Positions 62,767 through 64,000 of a stretch of DNA of 64,000 bases are shown piece after piece. The notes beneath the pieces were generated by a model. That model worked only from the letters and a program-made list of their open reading frames with translations, was not told the origin of the DNA and searched no databases. Source of the DNA: Epiperipatus broadwayi (Eukaryota; Animalia; Onychophora); assembly GCA_028023455.1 (NCBI GenBank), contig JAQFVV010000006.1:8432001-8496000 (forward strand), given 5' to 3'. Numbering within the stretch: the first letter of the stretch is position 1; the number at the start of each line of letters is the position of its first letter. The position numbers were made by a program, and so were the translations under genes.

Positions 62767-63443
62767 TAAAATTTCTTAATAGTCACGTACTGAAAATATT
62801 CATAGTAACTACTTTTCACTTTTCATAATAAAAAAAATTGCACCAATACTAGTCAGTGAATATCTTCAAATTACTTTTTTACTGATGAAAAAAACAAACC
62901 ATTCATTACAATGATCAAGAATTTTCAGGCATTGCATTCTGAAACTATCAATACTGAAATTATATTGCTAGAGAACGCTCTTCTATTAGCAAGACACATG
63001 CTCTGATACAAAACAAAATATGTTACACAAAAAATCAAGCGTCACATTTGTGATGGCCATCACAAAAACCTGATTTAGTTTTATTAAAAACAAAACTTAG
63101 AAATGAATGAAATTCTTACATGAAGCATTTACACAATGGTAATAAAACACTGGCTACAGAAAGGAGTTTGCTATTAACTGAAAGGAGACCCTTTGATTCC
63201 TCTTGGAGGCCTTAAAGGAACCGAGCAGGGCAAATTCCTAATGTCCACTCCATACGTTCTTGTCGTTGCAGCTGTTATTACTATATGTTTATTCATATAG
63301 TATACGAACATGGATGGGCTGCTCACCAACACGCATTAGCCAGCGTGGTGAGTTTATTGGCTTTTTACCTCTGAGTTTAAGATCAAGAAACACCATGGTC
63401 TTTCTTCTCAGTGCCTGATAAGGCAGAATGAATGTTTGTGTAA

Positions 63444-64000
63444 ATGATAAAGATTTTTCCCAATTATACAATTATGACAGACAAAAATAAAGCATGGCCC
63501 TTAATCCCAGGAGGCTGTAAAGTCACCAACCAAGGCAGCGGTTGGTGGCCGAAGGCGGAGGGTGCTAAGAATATCCTGGATGCGGACCCAGGCTGCCATT
63601 TGATGACGACTTTTTATTTAGGTACTTACAACTGCAGATCACTTTCAAGTGAAGGAAGATTGCAAGAATTAGAAGAAGAACTCTCTTATATTAAATGGGA
63701 TATTATTGGACTTTGTGAAGTTAGAAGAAAAGGTGAAGAGACAATTGATTTAAAAAGTGGACATATGCTCTATTATAAAGGCACAAATATTGGAAATACA
63801 AGTGGAGTAGGATTCATTATAAATAAAAAGTGGAAGAACAATATTGTGGAGATTGATGGTGTATCAGACAGAGTGGCAAGATTAGTTATACAACTTAATA
63901 GCAGATATCAAATGCAAATAATTCAGGTTTATGCCCCAACAAGTTCTCACAGTGATGAAGTAGTAGAAGATTTTTATATGGATGTACAAAAGGCTTTTGA
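63444..64000 (+). CDS. RTE-clade LINE ORF, N-terminal AP-endonuclease domain, open to the window edge
   Basis: Uninterrupted frame: ...GAKNIL...LGTYNCRSL...WDIIGLCEVRRKG...GVGFII...SDRVARL...IQVYAPTSSHSDEVVEDFY. No stop before 64000. The true start may be 63444, 63474 or 63603. GC-richer putative 5' UTR from ~63160. Confidence 0.92.
   Translation, partial: MIKIFPNYTIMTDKNKAWPLIPGGCKVTNQGSGWWPKAEGAKNILDADPGCHLMTTFYLGTYNCRSLSSEGRLQELEEELSYIKWDIIGLCEVRRKGEETIDLKSGHMLYYKGTNIGNTSGVGFIINKKWKNNIVEIDGVSDRVARLVIQLNSRYQMQIIQVYAPTSSHSDEVVEDFYMDVQKAF

Noticed and set aside
63160-63440. HDV-like ribozyme in the RTE 5' leader
   Set aside because: Hairpins are present, but I could not assemble the nested P1/P1.1/P2/P3 pseudoknot by eye; a descriptor search is needed.

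Overview
Very AT-rich, repeat-dense eukaryotic DNA, probably invertebrate and intronic/intergenic. I cannot support any intact host protein-coding gene. Most ORF-track entries are transposon remnants or artefacts of tandem and inverted repeats. Conventional content: several RTE-clade LINE fragments (plus the open 5' endonuclease ORF of a possibly intact RTE at the right edge), decayed mariner, Tc1-like and two hAT transposases, hAT and TcMar MITEs, older LINE debris, a tRNA-Gly-derived short SINE with long TSDs, and local tandem repeats. Main discovery: at least five sequence-unrelated, non-coding dispersed repeat families (my labels A, B, C, D, F) each carry a minimal type-I hammerhead ribozyme (stem I - CUGANGA - stem II - GAAA - palindromic or near-palindromic stem III - NUH). 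They recur as head-to-head inverted insertions with 10-14 bp AT-rich TSDs. Three families have ~420-480 nt units, seen as tandem arrays (C, D) or circularly permuted monomers (B, D). Family A joins a tRNA-Phe-like Pol III head to the ribozyme. This resembles Penelope-type pLTR/retrozyme biology, but no Penelope RT or GIY-YIG ORF is visible in the window. All alignments and folds were done by eye; boundaries are approximate unless a TSD or TIR is quoted.
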